Assembly: GCA_963762565.1 (NCBI GenBank)
Contig: CAVXLD010000004.1
Span: 1 to 64,000 of the forward strand
From: an uncultured Verrucomicrobiae bacterium
Lineage (GTDB): Bacteria > Verrucomicrobiota > Verrucomicrobiia > Chthoniobacterales > JAFAMB01
Direction: 5' to 3'
Length of the DNA stretch: 64,000 nucleotides
Below, in pieces: positions 61,007 to 64,000 of the stretch. A program made the translations under genes and the position numbers. A model generated the notes under the pieces. It worked only from the letters and a program-made list of their open reading frames with translations, ran no database searches and was not told the origin of the DNA. Each line of letters opens with the position of its first letter. Positions within the stretch are counted from its first letter, which is position 1.

Positions 61007-61327
61007 GGAAGGGCGAGGCTCCCGAAAGAGCGAGCGGTTGAACAAGGCTCAGCTGCCTAAACCTCGCCAACTACAAGCTAGGTACACAAGCGCGCCGAGC
61101 CATGGTCTATCATGGGCCACGGCTCCGACTTCGCTCTCACTTTGTACCTAGATCACTAACAGCGCCGAAAAGCTACGTCGGACAAGTCGGCGCGTCTTTT
61201 GGCGTTGGTCGATGATAGGTTGAGTGCAGGCGATTTTCCCTTGACTACAGACTGGGTCTCTCAGGAGCCTCGCCCCGCCAATCGCCAATCACCAATCACC
61301 AATCACCAATCACCAATCACCAATCAC
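61007..61327 (+). repeat. Family A element (61007-61279) with a nested family C hairpin (61124-61186), followed by ~7 ACCAATC units
   Basis: Homologous to 37667 and 38994, which lack the insertion. Confidence 0.92.
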
Positions 61328-62007
61328 ACCTCCACACTTTCCCCGGGCTGCAGGATCGCAACCTTCGCTTTGCCTTCGGCGAGGCGGGCAAACTCTTTCG
61401 GGTCGCCAAATAGAGGCGGCCACGTGCCGTAGTGGATCGGGACGACGACCGTTGGATGGAGGAATTCGACCGCTTTGGCTGCGTCCTTTGGTCCCATAAC
61501 GAAATGTTCGCCAATGGGCAGAAACGCGAGGTCGATCGCCGCATCGTCCCCGATCAATTTCATGTCCGAGAAAAGAGCAGTATCACCGGCGTGAAAAACG
61601 GTTTTGCCTTCTACCTGAATAATCACTCCGGCCGGTTCTCCAAGATAGATGGGACGCCCATTCTCATCCGTTACCGATGAGCTGTGGATCGCTTGGGTGA
61701 ATTTGACGGCGCCGAAGGGATATTTGCACCAGCCACCGTGATTCTGGGGTGACGCCTTTGCGCCCTGGGTACCCAACCAACTTGCCAACTCAAAAGTCGA
61801 AATGATTGTGGCGCCCGTACGTTTGGCAATGGGCAACGCGTCCGCAATATGATCGCTGTGCCCGTGCGTCAGCACGATAAAATCCGGCTCCAAATCATCT
61901 GCTTTTGCACCCGCTTTAGGATTCCCCGTGAGGAACGGATCGATAAGAATCTTCGTTTTATCGGTCTCGAGATAAACCGTCGCGTGTCCAAGAAAGGTCG
62001 CTTTCAT
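61324..62007 (-). CDS. Metal-dependent hydrolase (metallo-beta-lactamase fold, UPF0173-like)
   Basis: LGHA, IDPF, THGHSDH, HAGDT and PIHY motifs. Confidence 0.92.
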   Translation of the reverse strand: MKATFLGHATVYLETDKTKILIDPFLTGNPKAGAKADDLEPDFIVLTHGHSDHIADALPIAKRTGATIISTFELASWLGTQGAKASPQNHGGWCKYPFGAVKFTQAIHSSSVTDENGRPIYLGEPAGVIIQVEGKTVFHAGDTALFSDMKLIGDDAAIDLAFLPIGEHFVMGPKDAAKAVEFLHPTVVVPIHYGTWPPLFGDPKEFARLAEGKAKVAILQPGESVEV

Positions 62008-62065
62008 AAGAGGCTATAACGTTCGTACGTTGTAGTTTCTAGTGGGTTTCGGCTACGCCCATCGC

Positions 62066-62188
62066 CGGGAGGGATCGCGTCCTCGCGATCCGTTGTCGTC
62101 GAAGCCGAGGACGGTTCTAATCGCGGACGAAAATACATCGTTGGGTGCTGACACGTCCTCGCGGCGCGCGGGGACGCGCGCCCTCCCC
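62066..62188 (-). repeat. Family D REP doublet (reverse orientation)
   Basis: Same arms as 35012, with a 69-nt spacer. Confidence 0.9.
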
Positions 62189-62248
62189 GACTCGCACCCG
62201 CGTAGCGAGCCAGGAACACCTCGAGGCCATCACTTTGCCAGCCTAAAA

Positions 62249-62929
62249 CTACTCTCCGTTCACGATCGCAATCGCGAAACCGTCGTATCCTTTGCTGCCC
62301 ACAGTCTGAATGGCGGTCGCAGAAACTCCCTGTTCCTTTGCGAGCAGCTCAAAGAAACGACGCATACCCACTACGCTCGGATCTTTACTCCCAGGATCGG
62401 CGACAGCGCCTTTGCGGATCACGTTATCCGTTATGATCAGGGTACCCGGGCGCGACAGTTTAAGCGCCCAGACGAAATAATCAGCGGTGCTAACTTTATC
62501 GGCGTCGATAAAAATGAAATCGAACGGTGCGATCCCTTCAGTCGCCAAGCCCGGCAAAAGATCTAATCCCCGGCCCACCCGGAGCTCGACTCGGTCGGTT
62601 AGGCCAGCGCGTCGAAGATTAGCGCTCGCTACCTCGGCGTGTTCCGGGCTCGCTTCCAAAGTGATCAAACGCCCATCTTTAGGCAAAGCTCGAGCTAACC
62701 AAATGGTGCTATAGGCGCCTAGTGTACCGAGTTCTAAGATCTTGCGGGCTCCGATTAGCCGCGCGAACAGCCACAAAAGCTTCCCTTGGGTGGGCGTTAC
62801 ACTGATCGCCGGGAGCCCTGCAGCATCGCTATCCTTAAGAGCAGCTTCCAGCGCCGGATCGGAAGGGATCAGCAAATCCGTGAGGTATTCGTCTACCACC
62901 GTCCATTGATCTTCATAGTCCAGTTTCAT
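62249..62929 (-). CDS. O-methyltransferase (catechol/caffeoyl-CoA type)
   Basis: LELGTLGAYS, FDFIFIDADK, DNV and QTVGSKGYDG motifs. Confidence 0.92.
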   Translation of the reverse strand: MKLDYEDQWTVVDEYLTDLLIPSDPALEAALKDSDAAGLPAISVTPTQGKLLWLFARLIGARKILELGTLGAYSTIWLARALPKDGRLITLEASPEHAEVASANLRRAGLTDRVELRVGRGLDLLPGLATEGIAPFDFIFIDADKVSTADYFVWALKLSRPGTLIITDNVIRKGAVADPGSKDPSVVGMRRFFELLAKEQGVSATAIQTVGSKGYDGFAIAIVNGE

Positions 62930-63006
62930 TTGCTCGGTTCTCCAGGGGAAACGTGGTGAACGAACACTAAAGTTGTGGGCCCGGCAAATAAAAGCGGAGG
63001 CAACCA

Positions 63007-63249
63007 TGAAGCGCTGCCTTCCCGCGGCCGCGCATGCGCGTCAACATAAGGGCGCAGGCGTTGGCCGGCCCCTGACCGGGAGGGCGCGCGTCCTCGCGCG
63101 CCGCAAAGACGTGCCAAGCTTACAGACCTATTCCGATCACTCGACTGACAAACACGCTCGGCTTCGGGAACAACGGATCGCGGGGACGCGATCCCCTCCC
63201 AGCGCTGGGTCCGGCACGTGCCACGCGGCCGCGGGAAGGCATCGCTCCA
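63007..63249. repeat. Family D doublet (63077-63200) inside an outer 26-bp inverted repeat
   Basis: tgaagcgctgccttcccgcggccgcg / cgcggccgcgggaaggcatcgctcca, 2 mismatches. Confidence 0.85.
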
Positions 63250-64000
63250 CTACTGCAGCAGACTGGCGATTTCCTCGACGGAAAGGCCGGTCATCATCGG
63301 TTCTTCGCTCTCCACGGTTGCATCGATGATTTCGCGTTTTTTCTTTTGCAGATCCAAGATCTTTTCTTCGACCGTGCCGCGAGTGATCAGCTTGTATGAA
63401 GTGACAACCTGGGTCTGGCCAATGCGGTGCGCGCGATCGGTAGCTTGATCTTCGACCGCGGGGTTCCACCAGGGATCAACATGCAGGACCGTGTCGGCAG
63501 CCGACAGATTCAGACCGACGCCGCCGGCTTTCAAACTGATCAAGAAAACCGGTATTTCTGCACCCGATTGGAACTGGTCAACCACAGCGGCACGATTCTT
63601 AGTTTCGCCATCCAGATAACAATAGTTAATCCCATCGTTTTTTAGTTCCTCTTCGATCCGGCGCAGCATGCTGACAAACTGGCTGAAAACGAGCATGCGG
63701 TGGCCACCGTCCATTGCCTCTTCCATGAGCTCCATCAGTAAATCTAATTTCCCCGACCGGGTTTCCGGCGTTTGACCCAATAAGCGGAGATCGCCGCAAA
63801 CCTGCCGCAAACGAAGTAACACGGTGAGCATAGCAACCCGAGCGGCGCCGCTTTTCTTCTCACTGGCGAGTGTCTCGACTTTCTGACGGCCCTCTCGTTG
63901 CAGCTTGGCGTAGAGTTCCCGTTGTTCAGCGGTGAGATCACAAAAAGCGACTTGCTCGATCTTGGCGGGGAGGTCGCGCGCCACTTCTTGTTTCAGCCGG
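63250..64000 (-). CDS. SNF2-family helicase, C-terminal part (gene extends beyond the window)
   Basis: FSQF, ISLKAGGVGLNL and WWNPAVEDQATDRAHRIGQ motifs. Confidence 0.93.
   Translation of the reverse strand, partial: RLKQEVARDLPAKIEQVAFCDLTAEQRELYAKLQREGRQKVETLASEKKSGAARVAMLTVLLRLRQVCGDLRLLGQTPETRSGKLDLLMELMEEAMDGGHRMLVFSQFVSMLRRIEEELKNDGINYCYLDGETKNRAAVVDQFQSGAEIPVFLISLKAGGVGLNLSAADTVLHVDPWWNPAVEDQATDRAHRIGQTQVVTSYKLITRGTVEEKILDLQKKKREIIDATVESEEPMMTGLSVEEIASLLQ

Noticed and set aside
5154..63200. CRISPR array interpretation of the repeat-plus-variable-insert units
   Set aside because: The units are dispersed and mostly inverted. There is no run of identical direct repeats and no cas gene in the window.

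Overview
A GC-rich bacterial chromosome segment. Verrucomicrobiota (Chthoniobacterales-like) is my inference from gene content, not a database result. It carries housekeeping genes (rsmA fused to a NUDIX domain, bcp, nadA, moeA, uvrA, aspT, a CysJ-like flavoprotein, a partial SNF2 helicase), transporters, signalling genes, and an accessory left end (SEC-C/nuclease-like gene, yefM-yoeB, a CAAX protease with an abnormal 3' end). I found no rRNA, tRNA, CRISPR array or transposase gene. Two things stand out. (1) A tightly coupled inositol operon, iolD-iolE-tktN-tktC-iolG-iolG-iolB, has no iolC, iolJ or iolA and carries a split transketolase in their place. This suggests an undescribed, kinase-independent transketolase route for 5-dehydro-2-deoxy-D-gluconate. 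(2) Many intergenic spaces hold nested repeats. These include REP/REPIN-like doublets with fixed-length (34 or ~70 nt) but variable inserts, a small hairpin that inserts site-specifically into other repeats and carries unique 33-37 nt loops, and inverted 7/8/9-mer tracts anchored at stop codons. One repeat module sits in frame inside rsmA-NUDIX.
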